Source: Dimorphilus gyrociliatus (taxonomy: Eukaryota > Animalia > Annelida). From it: 64,000 bases of DNA. The notes under the pieces are model-generated. The model had not been told where the DNA came from. It worked only from the letters and a program-made list of their open reading frames with translations, and did not search any database. The stretch's first letter is position 1, and each line of letters opens with the position of its first letter. Below are positions 15,927 through 31,767 of this stretch, piece by piece. The DNA lies in the NCBI GenBank assembly GCA_904063045.1, contig CAJFCJ010000014.1:1485643-1549642 (forward strand), in the 5' to 3' direction. The position numbers and the translations under genes are program-made.

Positions 15927-16059
15927 TATCTCCTTTAAATGACCAAAAGGCTCGGTAAAGTACAACTAAAGTTAGTAATAGTAAGATTAAATTTTTACCT
16001 TAAAATCTTATTAAATAATTTTAAGTATTTCTTTGACAAGAAGCGAAAAAATTGTAGAT

Positions 16060-16190
16060 TTCTTTGGGCTGGCGGCAAATGTTCCGCCAACGGAATATAA
16101 AAAATCCCACAAGTCGATTGTGATGTGACGCAATATCCGCCCAAATATTTCGGAATACGAAATGTTTCGGAAAACATAACGTGGCGTTAG
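16060..16190. promoter_or_regulatory. Bidirectional promoter between RAD51 and ZIP7 with E2F-like sites
   Basis: The head-to-head ATGs at 15926 and 16198 are only 271 nt apart. Motifs TGGCGGCAAA (16070-16079), TTCCGCCAA (16082-16090) and TCCGCCCAAA (16136-16145) resemble E2F TTTSSCGS sites. Confidence 0.55.
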
Positions 16191-16197
16191 TTTTAAA

Positions 16198-17542
16198 ATG
16201 GCGGGTAGTTTGGGTGGTTTTACAAAATTCGCTGTAATATTAACCTTTGGGTTGTTAATAGCAGTCGTTTGTTCTCACTCTCATTCTGATAATGGCCACC
16301 ATTCACATGGCGATCATGGCTCTCAGCATGGACATTCACATGGTGAGGATCCATCGTTTAAATATTCTCAGAAAGCAAATGCCGAAGATTCGAAAAGCTC
16401 CGACAAGCGCAAGTTAGTGGGGGCTGATTTATGGACGAAAGCTTTAGGCTCTACAGCAATAATCTCAGTGGCCCCTATATTTATTCTTCTGTTTATACCC
16501 TTGGGTAATACAGCAGAACATAACAATCTGCTTAAAGTTCTTCTCGCTTTCGCATCTGGAGGTTTGTTGGGTGATGCCTTTTTACATTTGATACCTCATG
16601 CTATGGTTAGTAGTGGATCTGGAGATCATTCTCATAGTCATTCTCATAGTCATGGACAAGAAGGCCATGGACATTCTCATGATTTAAGTATTGGTTTATG
16701 GATCTTGGGTGGAATTGTAACATTTTTATGTGTTGAAAAATTTGTCAGAATTGTTAAAGGAGATCATTCACATTCCCACTCTCAACCAAAATCAGGCTCA
16801 AAGAGTTCTAAGGGCGGAAAGGGGACTAAAGGTGGTATTATGAAACAATTTATTCTTATATGCAATTTATTTCAATCTTACAAACTACAGAGATAAAGGT
16901 TTCCGGATATTTGAATTTAGCGGCAGACTTTGCTCATAATTTCACTGATGGTTTAGCTATAGGAGCATCCTACCTTGCCGGTCAATCAGTAGGTAATAGT
17001 ATTTATTGATTTCTTTTGGGAATTGCGTAAATGTTTGAAAAAAACTTGTAACTTTTTTTCACGATTGTAAATAATTTGTTACAGGTGTTATTACCACAAT
17101 TACCATATTTTTCCATGAAATTCCTCATGAAATTGGCGATTTTGCGATCTTAATTCAATCTGGACATTCAAAGAAAAAAGTTTGTTTTTTTTGGTAAAAT
17201 ATAATTAAAACTAAAACGATTCTATCCTCATTAGGCAATGCTTCTACAACTCGTAACTGCTTTAGGTGCAATGTCTGGAACACTTTGTAGCTTAATGGTT
17301 GAAGGAACCAGCGATGCTACTATTAGTTGGGTTCTTCCATTCACGGCTGGCGGTTTTATCTATATTGCCACTGTTTCAGTAAGTTTATGCCTAGGAAAAA
17401 TTTAAAGTAAATATCACGTTGCATATTGAAATAGGTTATCCCAGAATTACTGGAAAACTCTAAAACTTGGCAAACAGTGAAGGAAGTTGCCGCTCTCCTT
17501 GTAGGAATTTTCATGATGGTTCTCATTGCTGAATACGAATAA
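16198..17542 (+). CDS. SLC39A7: ER zinc transporter ZIP7 (SLC39A7/Catsup, LIV-1 subfamily); 5 coding exons
   Basis: Signal peptide, His-rich HSH/HGH tracts, [40 protein letters not shown], the [14 protein letters not shown] motif and [12 protein letters not shown]. Four short GT-AG introns; stop TAA at 17540-17542. Confidence 0.95.
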
Positions 17543-18422
17543 GTATTGGCATTAATTTATTATGCTGTTGTGCTAATTAATTTTTTGGTGTGAGAAAGTT
17601 ACACAATGATCCAGGATTACTATCGTTTGAAAATAAACAGGATGTGCTTAGTTTCAATTCAAAGTTTATTATAAAAAAATTATTAAATTTAACCAAACCT
17701 TAGTTCTTCAATGCATATTAAAGAGTTAACATTATACTACAAAATTTTTTCATACTTTGTCCACATCATCAATATGAAAAAAATCACTTACAATTTCACC
17801 TTAAATAACATTTCTCTGATTCATGCAAAGAAATAAATCATTAGAATAGAGAACTTTATGAGTTTCAATTGGAAACTGTTAGATGCCAAATTCGTCAAAA
17901 TTTATAGATTTTCAATAAATTGCTTTATCACTTAAAGAAATCAAGTCGTTATTTGTATAGCTAACAAACTTAGCGCCAAGAGCGATAATATACATTTTTA
18001 ATCGAAAAGAATTTCCATAAATTCGTAACCTTACTTAAAAACTTGAAAATGGTGTAAGAAGATATAGTAAAATATTTATGGAAAATGATTAGCCCACAAC
18101 TGAAAAGATGATATTTTTTAGTATTTCACAAAAATTTTAAATATATTTGAAGCCATTGTTTTGGCGGAACCAAAAGGTGGCGCTTTATTTCTTCACTTCC
18201 GTCGTTTGATGTTTTTAATTTGAAATCGGTTACAAAAGGTTTTAACTTTACCTTTATTTAAGTAGATAGAATTATAGTGTAATATAGACATTGTAATTTT
18301 TGATTCATGAATATTTGGAAAACTTTATCGGTTATCTTAAAGTACATGATATTTTAGGTGCCGGTTTCTTGTTTTCGCTAAGATCATTAATTCGTATTTA
18401 CTCTCAGGCAATTGATTTAGTA

Positions 18423-19532
18423 ATGAATGAAACAAGTGGAGAATTTCGTTTGGATGATCCACCTCAGGATGGCATTACTACAGTCGAATTTGGTAACTCG
18501 ATTTATAATTTACTTGTTTCGTCATGGGATTGCACTATTCGTTTATATGACATCAAAACGAACTTGCTGCGTGCAACATATAAAAATAATAGTAGCGTAT
18601 TGGATTGCTGTTATTTTGTAAGTTTTTAATATATTAAACTTGATTATCGTTTAAAGAATTTTTTTTCTGTTAATGCAGGAAACTTCTCATGCAGCTTCAG
18701 CCGATACCAATGGCTGCGTTAAGGTATACGATATTAACACAAGTCAAGGTAAAGTACTTACTACAAGGTTTACTTGAAAGTAAGCAATTAAAATAATATA
18801 AACAATTTTTTATTTTTAGAAACCCAACTTGGTATTCATGAACAGCCAGTTAAGTGTGTTGAGTTTTCAGCAGACACTAAATGTCTAGTTAGTGGAAGCT
18901 GGGATCAAAATGTCAAACTATGGGATCCAAGAGCACCGAATGAAGTTACCTGTGTGCAGCAAACTGATAAAGTTTATACAATGACGATTAGCAATGAGAA
19001 ATTGGTTGTGGGAACAGCAGGTAGAAGAGTTCTTATATGGGATTTAAGGAATATGAATAATGCTGTCCAAAAGCGCGAATCGAGCTTAAAATATCAAACA
19101 AGATGTATCCGTGCCTTTCCTAATGGCCAGGGGTATGTCGTAAGTTCAATAGAAGGCCGAGTTGCCGTCGAATATTTTGACCCCTTGCCCGAAATTCAAA
19201 AGAAGAAGTACGCGTTTAAATGTCATAGAGTTAAAGAGGATGGAACGGAAAAAATTTACCCAGTCAATGCTATTTCGTTTCACCCGACTCACAATACATT
19301 TGCCACTGGAGGTAGTGACGGTCTTGTCAATGTATGGGATGGGTTTAACAAGAAACGACTTTGTCAATTTCATAGATTCCCCACAAGTATATCTTCCTTG
19401 TGTTTTAATGCTGATGGAACTATGCTGGCAATCAGTTCTTCATACATGATGGAAGAAGGAGATAAGCATGAATCACCTCCTGATGCCATTTATATGAGAC
19501 CGGTCACTGATCAAGAGACAAAGCCTAAATGA
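18423..19532 (+). CDS. BUB3: Mitotic checkpoint WD40 protein BUB3; exons 18423-18617, 18679-18748, 18820-19532
   Basis: LLVSSWDCTIRLYD, RESSLKYQTRCIRAFPN, SSIEGRVAVEY, KKKYAFKCHR and IYPVNAISFH are diagnostic of BUB3 as opposed to RAE1. Confidence 0.96.
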
Positions 19533-20361
19533 AACCTGTTAGATATATAATACCTTATTTAATACATTAATCATCTGTTATTCCTATATGTACACATGTA
19601 AATATATATAATAAATATTAAACATAATAACTTGTAATACGACAAGTAGATGTTTACTCATGGAGACATATAAAACAATCTATGATAATTTCCTACTTTT
19701 TCTTAAAACAGCCTGAGTAGATGCATCTGTTTGATTAAATATAACAAATAAAATCTTTAAAATCCCTTATGGTTAATTTAACTTTTATAGAAAATTCAGC
19801 AAAGCAATTGTTGACCTTGGACTAGGAGAAAACCCACTTGTGTCCGGGAATAGACTAAGTAGCTAATTCAACAAAAAACAAGAGTAAATGTATCTTACAC
19901 TTTTTATTTGTCGATGATAACAGGAATAGCATAGAGTAGATGGTTTATCAATTTACAATTGTGAACTATATTTGACATTGTCTTTAAAAACATTGGTATA
20001 TATTAGTAAAGATACTGTATACCAGTATAATCCTATTGTTTACTACTTTTTCCATTATATAAGACGTATAAAAAAAGATCGCACGTTTTTGGTGACCTTT
20101 CAATATGAGCATGTTTTCCTAATTATTAAATGACAGAAGCAGATTCAAACCTCAGTTAAAGGGTAGTGTCGAGGTTATCACTTCTGAGGTGTTTCGTTTC
20201 ATCGTCTAAAAAATAACTTTTATTTTTCATGCCCTTGATTCTAACCCTAAGTAGGAGTTTTAAACTAAGACTCTATAACAATAAGAAATTTTATATGCAT
20301 CTGGGAAAATTCTATTGTTTATTGACCTATTTTTCTTTCCTTAAATTTCGACAGTTGGACT

Positions 20362-22367
<2,006 letters not shown>

Positions 22368-23759
22368 AGAATACCTCTTGATAAATTTCATAATTGACTT
22401 TTACTAATAAGCTAATTGAAAACCATTGATTCAAATATTCCGTAGTTTACTTTTAATATATATATATATATACTGTATATTTCATTACATACATTCAACT
22501 GCAGACAAAACTAAGATGATAATATACAGTATATAAGTATTAAAACAAGTATTATAATTTTTTACAGTATCATATCAATGTATCAGAAATATAGATTGAT
22601 TTACAACCTTGCCTAGTATTGTTTACAATTTCTTTGTAGTATAAAAATTAAAGGGACAGGGAGGGGGGGAGCAGGAGAATTTTTACCTTTTTAGAAAATA
22701 ATTTATACATTTTATCTTTTACTTCCGAAAGTGACATGGACGTATTGATATTCAAAAGGTATAAATTTATGCAAAAACCAGACTAAGCCGCCTATATTTA
22801 TTCACCCATCGCATTAGGCTTTCATTATTCCTTCCTATGAGGCTCTGACCGCATCTTTCGCAGTTTCTTTACGCTTTAGTAATATTTGAGTACGTAATAA
22901 AGTCGTAAGTATATGGTATGTTTTAGTTTTTCTATTTTTAAAGTATATTTATTTTGCTATTTATATAGATTCTCTAGATGCAAAAGCACACTATATATTA
23001 ATACTATATAATCTATTTCGTATGTAGATGTGATTGTTTACATATAAATTTCTGGCTTACAAAGTCGTAGTTTTATTTATTGAAGATCAATTTTATTATT
23101 ATTATACCATCCATTCATATTTTAATTTCATATATCTATCTATTCCATTATTTCACCCATAGACACTTGTTTTTCGCTCGCCCATTTAAAATGTTTTTAA
23201 TTATAGGCCGATAACGGCAAACTACTAATTGAATTGACGGTTAAGCTATTCGATGTAGATCGATTGAAGTTTGAAATGTTTATTAAAAAAATCTTACTTA
23301 TACTTGCTTTTTTATATTCGAAAAATATTAACAAACTCTGACGATTATCGATTTGTGAGTGAAAGAATTATTATTTGTTAGACAGCTATGATGCTTAGAC
23401 CTCAAGCTTTGCTTTTCAATAATGATAATTGTCGTCAAGCTTACGTTTGCCATTGCAAACTATCTATAATATATAGTTTTTGTGATATTTTTAACTGAAT
23501 GTGTATAAATAGATGGGAACTTAATTAGATTTACAACAGATTTATTACTGTTTTTTTTTTTGTAAATATCATCAATTCCCTTAAATTGTTAGAAAAATGA
23601 ATAGTTTCCCTTCTCACAAATATCATCAACTAGACGTAAATTACTTTGTAAAAGAAGATATGATTGAAAAAATAAACTAATTGGTTGTCGTTAGTTACAG
23701 ACTTAATGTAATCTGACATGAAACAGTCAAATCAAAAAATTGTTCCTATATTCTTAGAA

Positions 23760-23772
23760 CCTCTAGATGGCG
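23760..23772 (+). promoter_or_regulatory. CTCF-like motif CCTCTAGATGGCG
   Basis: Matches the CTCF core consensus. Lies between the PAH 3' end and the neuroligin start. Confidence 0.5.
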
Positions 23773-24280
23773 TTGTAGAAAAAAATGTATCCTTTTTAAG
23801 CCTTCATATGGATTGAAGGGTTAGAAACCGCTAACGTTCTATGAAAGTTGTAAGACGAGAAGGCGTTCGTGATGTCCTACTTGCTAAAGAGATGCCAAAT
23901 TTATTTAGAGTCTTTTAACTGTGCTTGTTCTTTAAGTTTTCTCATTTATTCGCATTCTATGCCTTGTCGTAGTGAGTAAAAGTTTACTTAATACAAACTA
24001 TTATCTTCAGAGCACCTTTAGTGTATCGCTAAGATAGATGGCGTGTCGAACTGGCAGAAAACTATTTATATGAAAAAAGAAAAAGAATCAACGAAATCAT
24101 CTTGGCTGAAAATCTTCCGCTCACGCTCCATCCACAATTCCTGAGAGAATGATTTACTAGATGGAAATACACTGATCAACTCATTCATAGCTCATCTTCA
24201 AACTAGCGACGGTCCCGCCCTTCGACGGACTGTGTGCATAATTCATTAATCAGATCCTTGTTAGATGTAGGTGGCGTTGT

Positions 24281-27200
24281 ATGAAAAATCCGCGCCGCAT
24301 ACGATCGGATTATGACGTGAAAGACGGAACGACGTTCGGAATGTTTATCCAATTAGTCCTCCTAGTCGTCGAACTGTCTATGGTAGATTGTGCCAGAGCA
24401 CTGGAGGCTCGTTCTATGCCTTATAAGACAAAAACGAAACTGGGAAATGTAATAGGTACCAGAGTGACACTCGATAATAAACGTTTGCCGGAAGTTGACG
24501 CTTTTTACGGTATGAAATACGCTACTATACGTGGTGGTAGTTTAAGGTTTATGCCACCGAGTACAATTACGACAAAATGGGAGAAAACGGTTAATCTGAA
24601 TGAGTGGAGTGCCTGTCCACAGAGACACTTAGATTTTGAAGATTTACGCAAGAGGATAGAGTCTAGTCGACTGGAAGAGTTGAGTAGGATCTTGTTAGCT
24701 TTAAAAGAGGATGGCTTCCGAATGAAGGAAGACTGTCTGACATTAAATATTTTCCGTCCAGCAATGGGTAAGTACTTGAACGCATGAATAATTCAAATTA
24801 CTGATTCTTTACTCCCAAGTAATGTCCTCAAATTATCCCATTCCATTTATTCCATCAATTTTCCTTCTCCTTTCGCTTTGCACTAAAAAGAAATCATTCA
24901 AACAAAACTTAAAGTAAACATTAAAGCAAAAAGCATTTATCTATGAAAAGTAAATTACGTATGCAAATGGGATAATCGCTAGATAATTTCATTAGTATTA
25001 AATAATTCTTACAGGTTTTATATACCGTGAAATTGGGAATTCATCGATTTGTAATTACATATTAATAGATGACTTAGTGATAAATAGGCCTGATTTTTTT
25101 CAACCAGTACTTTCTATAAGTCCCCTAAGACTAGGCTGCACCATTTATCTTCATATCGTATATTAGGTACGCCTATGGGTTTATTAGGATAGGGGAAATG
25201 GTATTGGCGATTTTAATGTATTCTTTATTTCCTGGAAAATCAAATATATATATATTTGTCAAAAGATGAATATAAAATGAGAAAAGAAATGAAAAGAAAA
25301 GAGGGAATTTCAAGACCAATATATCAAATGTCTTGAGAATTACACTCTATATATATAAAAAAAGACTAAATGAAAAACCTAATAATAACAGACGTTTCTG
25401 TGTTGTAATTTATATCTGAGCTGAGGAATTAATCAGGATATTAGCAAGCAGCTTAGCCAAGACAGTTTCTGTGATGAAGGAGCTAAGGAAGAGGTCTACT
25501 TGACCTTGGGAGGAAAAGAAAATAACAATTTTCTCTTTTGTTAAATATACATTCTCTTACGGCTCATAAAGTTATAGAGAAAACTAGTTTACCTTCTAAA
25601 AAATATCCAGGGGCGTAAAATAGATCGAACGTTTGTTTTTCCTCATCTTATTCCCTGCTTTTCTACATGCTCAATTTTTTCCTTGCCTTGGGAATAGACG
25701 TCATGATGATGTGAGAGAGAGACAAGAGAGGAAAAAGAAGGAGAAGGAAGAGAGTGACAGAGGAGAGAAAGAATAAAAAGGGATAACATAATCTTATAGT
25801 GTTGTTCTGTGGGATAAATTAATATACTATATGAGGATTTATAATAAAAAAAACCTTTCCTTTTATCAACATTCAACAGGAGGCGAAAGACTAATAAAAC
25901 AGGAACGGAAAGGGCGTCATTCTTGAGGCTGTATATTCTTAAACTGGAAGCTAAAATAAAAGGGTAGTTTTAGTAAACTATCGAAATATAATATCGACGA
26001 TAAAAAGGGCAAGCAGAGTTGCAAGTGTAAAGTAAAGAACTAAACGTACTCTTTTCTTTTGACCATTATACCCACTCTTGCAAACTTTTGGATATCTCTT
26101 TATCTAATAAGGAAGCATACTTGATTTTTATCAAATAATTTAACTATAAAGATAATATGGAACCAATTTTTGTCTTCCTGGAAATATTAATATAAAAAAT
26201 AGATAAAATTAACAAATTTTATTTTTTTATTCCTCTTCTATCTCTCTCTTTCTCTCTCCGTTTCCCTGCTACGTATGTAAGTGCACTTTTCTCAGTTCTC
26301 TTCATCCTTTACTTCTTTTACATAATACAAACGTATATACTGTATATATATATATATATATACTGTATATGCAGTATCTATATTTTTATTTAATATAATT
26401 ATTATGTGCTTTGAGATGGAAAGTCTTGCTAAAAAAATAGGTTGTTGGGCCTATATCTGCTTAAACACAGGTGGCTTTTAAATAAGATAAACTGCCTAGA
26501 ATAATTATATTTCCAAGCACGCAGATAATAAAATAGAATGGTTTTATGAAAATAGAATAAATTATAGGGTAAACATTAAGTGAAAAGAACATCTTTAAAT
26601 GATTGCAATTGAAAACTAGAAAGAATTCAAAGATTTAATGTGTAGATCATTTACTACTTTGATATGTTTTCAATGAAAAAATATAGAGAGATATATTATT
26701 TTTTACCATTTGATCTTGTAACAAAGAAGATGAAAAGTCAAGAGTACTTAATACACTTTGTGTAAATACAATTAGATTTTATCGTGTTAATTTTTAGATA
26801 ACATAAGAGTTTCAGAATAATAGAAAGACCGATTGACCTTAAACATATTCCGCAGGGTAATAGGTAAGTGTTTACTCGTAAAAAGAAGTAGGCCGTCTAT
26901 AATTGTTGCAAATGTCAGCGGCTATTGCAGTTCGTGGTTTTTTAGCTCGCTCTATAGCCCTACTTTAATTCAAACTTGATGTGATAATTTTCTGTTTCTT
27001 TATCAATTCTCTCTCCTTCTTTCTATATTGTGTAATTTCTGTGGAGAAAAAAATATATTTTTAAGATAAAGTGTTACGCTAAAATCTTTGCGTCGAGAAT
27101 GGCGGATTAAACTACTTTTATTAAAAGTAAAAACATCCTGTACTGGATTAAAGAGAAGCTTTATGCTGTTTTTTTTCTATTTTTCTACCAACGTTTTCAT

Positions 27201-27356
27201 ACATAAACCTGGTGAAATTCATAAAGAAAATTAATAAAATATCAGCGATAATAGAAGAATATTGATAAAACAGACAAAAGCAATCGAAAACTATAAAACT
27301 GTGAACATTGAAAACAAATCCACCTAGAAAGGATATTCTGAAAGGGGGAAGGGAGA

Positions 27357-27387
<31 letters not shown>

Positions 27388-30300
27388 AGTAGTATAAAGA
27401 AAAGGAAAGCGAGTAAGATGATTCCGAGGGCATATTGAATTTATGCGGAGAGTGATAGTGGAGTAGCGATGGGTGAAAAGTTATCAGAGAAGACACATAC
27501 GAGTAAATATTATATAAGGTAATAATATTGTTATAATAATCTTTAGGGTAGGTAATATAAAGGAAGAAAAACTAAAATTAGACCTTATGACGCAGCTGCA
27601 ATATTTGCAGTCTGACTAATTGCTTTGATGTCTTCACCTGCACTCATTATTCATGCTGTCAAGAGTCCAAACTTTTTAAATAATTCATACAGATTTTCAA
27701 CTATCACTCTGTTTAATTTTAAGGCGATGCCTATTCATTGAGCATTGTGAATTAAATTACCTATAAAATGCTATAAAATGCTATTGTTGTTAATTTCATT
27801 AATAAAAAATGCTATTTAAAATGATCCAATTCCGTTATAATTGAAACTGTTGTACTTATTTAGGTTATTTTGTCTATATTATCTAATTCATCCCTTTCAT
27901 CCTCTTTCTCTTTCACTCCTACTCTCTATTTCCTTGCCTAAATTTGTAGTAAACCACTTAATTTTCTAGTTCTAAAGTAAAACCCTCCAACGAATCGAGA
28001 GCGGAATTAGGGGAAAGAATAGAATCGTCAAATGGGATTGTCAACTAGGTTTTGTAATTACTTCTTCCCTTTAGGTCTCTCTTTTTTTAAATAACTAAAG
28101 CCCAAAGAAAACAATTAAATACTTTTCCTTTCTCTCTCTGTCTCTCTCCATCTCTTTTCTTTCACTTCGCGTTCATGCTTATGAAGCGCGTCTAATTAAA
28201 TTTCAATTATATTTGCATACTGCACATAGTAAAGATTAAGTTTAAAACTATTATTATTATTATAATTGTATATATTTGCATAAATATTTTCAAAGAAAAC
28301 GTAATTCCTCTCCCTAAAATAACTTTAAATTATTGATTAACCATTTTTAACCATTTTAAAACCGATAGTTTTTTTTATAGAAAGGCGGAAAGAGAAAGGA
28401 AGGAAAGATTAGGCAAATTAGAACTACGTTCAAGTATTTGAAAGAAAGAGGAATATGAATAGAAAGTCCATTTCAGTTTTTAGATATTTTTAAAAGCATA
28501 AGAAATAACAATATTCAATTACTGTATAAACTGAAGGAAAAGCTATGTGATAAAAGGAAGGAGGAGAGAAGAGAAGAGAAAATTTTACAGTCAATTAACT
28601 ATTAACTGGTATTAGAAACTAAGCTGTTTCTTTGCCTTGAAAATAATCGGTATTAACTAGAAATACGTAACCGATGAAGAGCAAAAGTGTTTTTCTAACC
28701 TCTTTCCGCTTTTCTTCAAGTTGCAAATAGCTTTTTACTGACACCACTAGAACGATTCCTTATCATTAGCCTCAATTCCCTTGTTTGTACTACAAAGTAT
28801 TGGAGTTACTGGCTGTAAAAATAGGCCTAATTTTTGAAAGTGTAATCTATCGGACTACCTTATTTAGAACTTTGAAAAAGGCCGTATAATATACAGGAAG
28901 TAATTGATCTAACGATTGATAGAGTTGATAGAAAATATTCATGGAAGGATTTCTACGTATTGTTCATTATTCAGGTTTTAGCTTTATGAAAAAATTTAAT
29001 AGCTGTCTTGTAACTAACAAGTAAATAGAATATATACTAATATATATATATATATATATTAATATATGCTGTATATATACATATATTTATGTATTTGTAT
29101 GGTAGTATATACGTTTAATCTAATAATTAATATTCATTTATTTTTAAATGATTTTTTTAACGTTAGCAGTTAAGTAATATTGGGTTGGAAATAGGCTTTT
29201 ACCATTTCTTTACTTTATGCAGCTTTTTATCGATAATTAAGTTTGGTAAAGCGTTTCGATGCAAGGAAAGGAAGAAAAGGAAAGGCAAAGACAAACATCA
29301 AAAAGTAAAAGAATCTATAGGCTTTTGACTAGCGTGAAAAAATAAAATAGATTTAGCACCGCCTGTTACGGAACAGGAAAAAATATGCGTCACTAATATA
29401 ATAGTATATGCTAAAAGGTAAACACATAGAATTAGAATAGAATCGAACGATTTTCGTTATATCATCCAGTAAAGATGAATTATTCCGAAAAAGTCAGAGA
29501 GGAGAAATGACGAAAGTTGATTCTTCTGCTGGGGAATCCCCATATCTATCAGTAAATGTCTTTACATTCACGTAACCTTTGCCCTAACTGTGGGTAAATC
29601 TGATTTTGCGTTGAAAATGTTATAATATAATCCTCGGATTTTATCCTGATTCCCCAAGTCTCTTCAGTGTCTTACTGGTAAAGTTTTTAAAAATATGGAA
29701 TTCCCAAACGTTCTTACATACAAACAACCAATCATCGCCATATAGCGGGATGATCAAAGCCCTAAACTTACACTTATCTCGCCTATTTCTTTTCTCTAAT
29801 CCCCAATTGTATAATAGCCCGTCGTACTAAAGTCGACTACGCAAACAGATCAATCGGCCTCTGTTATTTACACGAGAATTGATGACAAAAATTCGAACAT
29901 TATACCCTGACTAAAATCGGGTTCTATTCGATCATTGAATCTTAAAAGCGTTCAATAGAAGCGTTTTGTTTATCTATGCTTGTTTAAGAGTGTATTTATA
30001 GCTGAAGAAAAGCGTTCGATCTGTCAATGAAAAATCTTTTGCCACATTGCTCTTCTCTCACATATCTAATTCAAGAAAAAAATTGATTGGAAATCATCTC
30101 CCTCTCTTTCCGCTTTCTTTACCCTTTTAATATTTAATAGCCACTAGAAAATATTCCCCCTAATAACATTTACACAAGTTTCGATGCCTAATACAATACT
30201 GTATATTCAGTGAAAATAGAAATGATTTGTCTTAAAAACAATCTAAAAGAAAGGGTTAATACAAATGAATCACTCTTCATTTCCTGGAGGATAATTTTCA

Positions 30301-31728
30301 ACGATTGAAAATTCTTTAAGCTTATAATGGAATCAAATAAAAAAAGAAAACTCCCTCTTTCTTTTATAATAATGAATGGAGAAACAGTTTTTATTGTAAG
30401 AGTTAATTAAGGGATGGAAAAACGTTTCTCCCTCCCTCTTCTCCCTCTTTATATCCTTCTCCATCGCCTTCCTTAATTAATAAGCGTTTTCCAGCTAATG
30501 CTTAATTTTTTCCTGCCTAATTTATTCTGAAGAAAGTAATATATCGCAAAACTGTATAAAGTTGAACTTTAGTTAAATTTAAGTCTATTTATCGCTCTCC
30601 TACACAATCTCCCAATCAACGCCCAGTCCAACCAATGTCCACTCTAATAATCAAGGCGTCCCTTATTTCTCAATAGACGCTTCTATATGCATAATTCAAC
30701 TAACTCGGTCTTTTTCCAGCTGAAAGAGACGCCGCTAAACTTCCGGTACTGGTATTCGTCCACGGTGAAAATTATATGTATGGTTCTGGCGATAATTACG
30801 ATGGTTCCGTATTGGCGGCGGTTGGAAAATTAGTTGTTGTTACTGTTAATTACCGTCTTGGCGTACTCGGTAAGTTTCCTCTATTCCATTTCTTGTTGAA
30901 AATCAAACAGAAATCAGTATGAGCGTCTCCTTTATTAAGATTTTTTTTCACGAATCATTGAAACTATTTAGGAATAAAGCAGTATTTTCTACTCTAAGGA
31001 TTGCAAAGTTCTCTTAGAATGGAACCGAATAAATATTATCAAAATGATGGCTAGTTAACGTAATTTAATAAGTAAAAAGTATACGGGAATAGGGAGAAAA
31101 TGGGCTAAAGGAGAGGCTATTCGATTCCTGTTTTTTTTTCGCTTTTCGAAAGGGAAATCTACTCGTCTTTTGGGAATTCCCTTTGCTCTTGTAAACGGAC
31201 CGTATAAAAAGAAGTGTTCTTTGTACAGGATTCCTGAGTTCAGCAGATAGTAATGCACCCGGTAATTACGCTTTATTAGATATTCTTGCTGCTCTGCACT
31301 GGGTTCAAGACAACATTGCCGATTTTAAGGGCGATAGATCAAACGTAACAGTGATGGGTCAAGGGTATGGTGCAGCAATGGTTAATTTGCTACTAGTCTC
31401 ACCCGTTACGAATAGTAAGTATCCACTCAACATTCCCAATCAGACAGCATTGACAGAATGGCGTTGGGTCCTGCTTATCTCTTTACGCCTTCGTTATACA
31501 TCTTACGAATCAAATCCTTTAGCTGTCCTTCCCCTCTTATTTTATTAGGAAGAAAGATAATCTGATAGATTTATTAACAGCAAAGAAAAGTCGCATTTTT
31601 TCCCCAAGATATCTTTAAATTCTTTTTTTAAATGAGGAAAAAAACGGCCACCTCACAGATTTTTGTCCCAACCGCACTGATGGCTAAAGAGAAGTTCGGT
31701 GTTTAAATGTCTAAAGCGGTATAAATGC

Positions 31729-31767
<39 letters not shown>
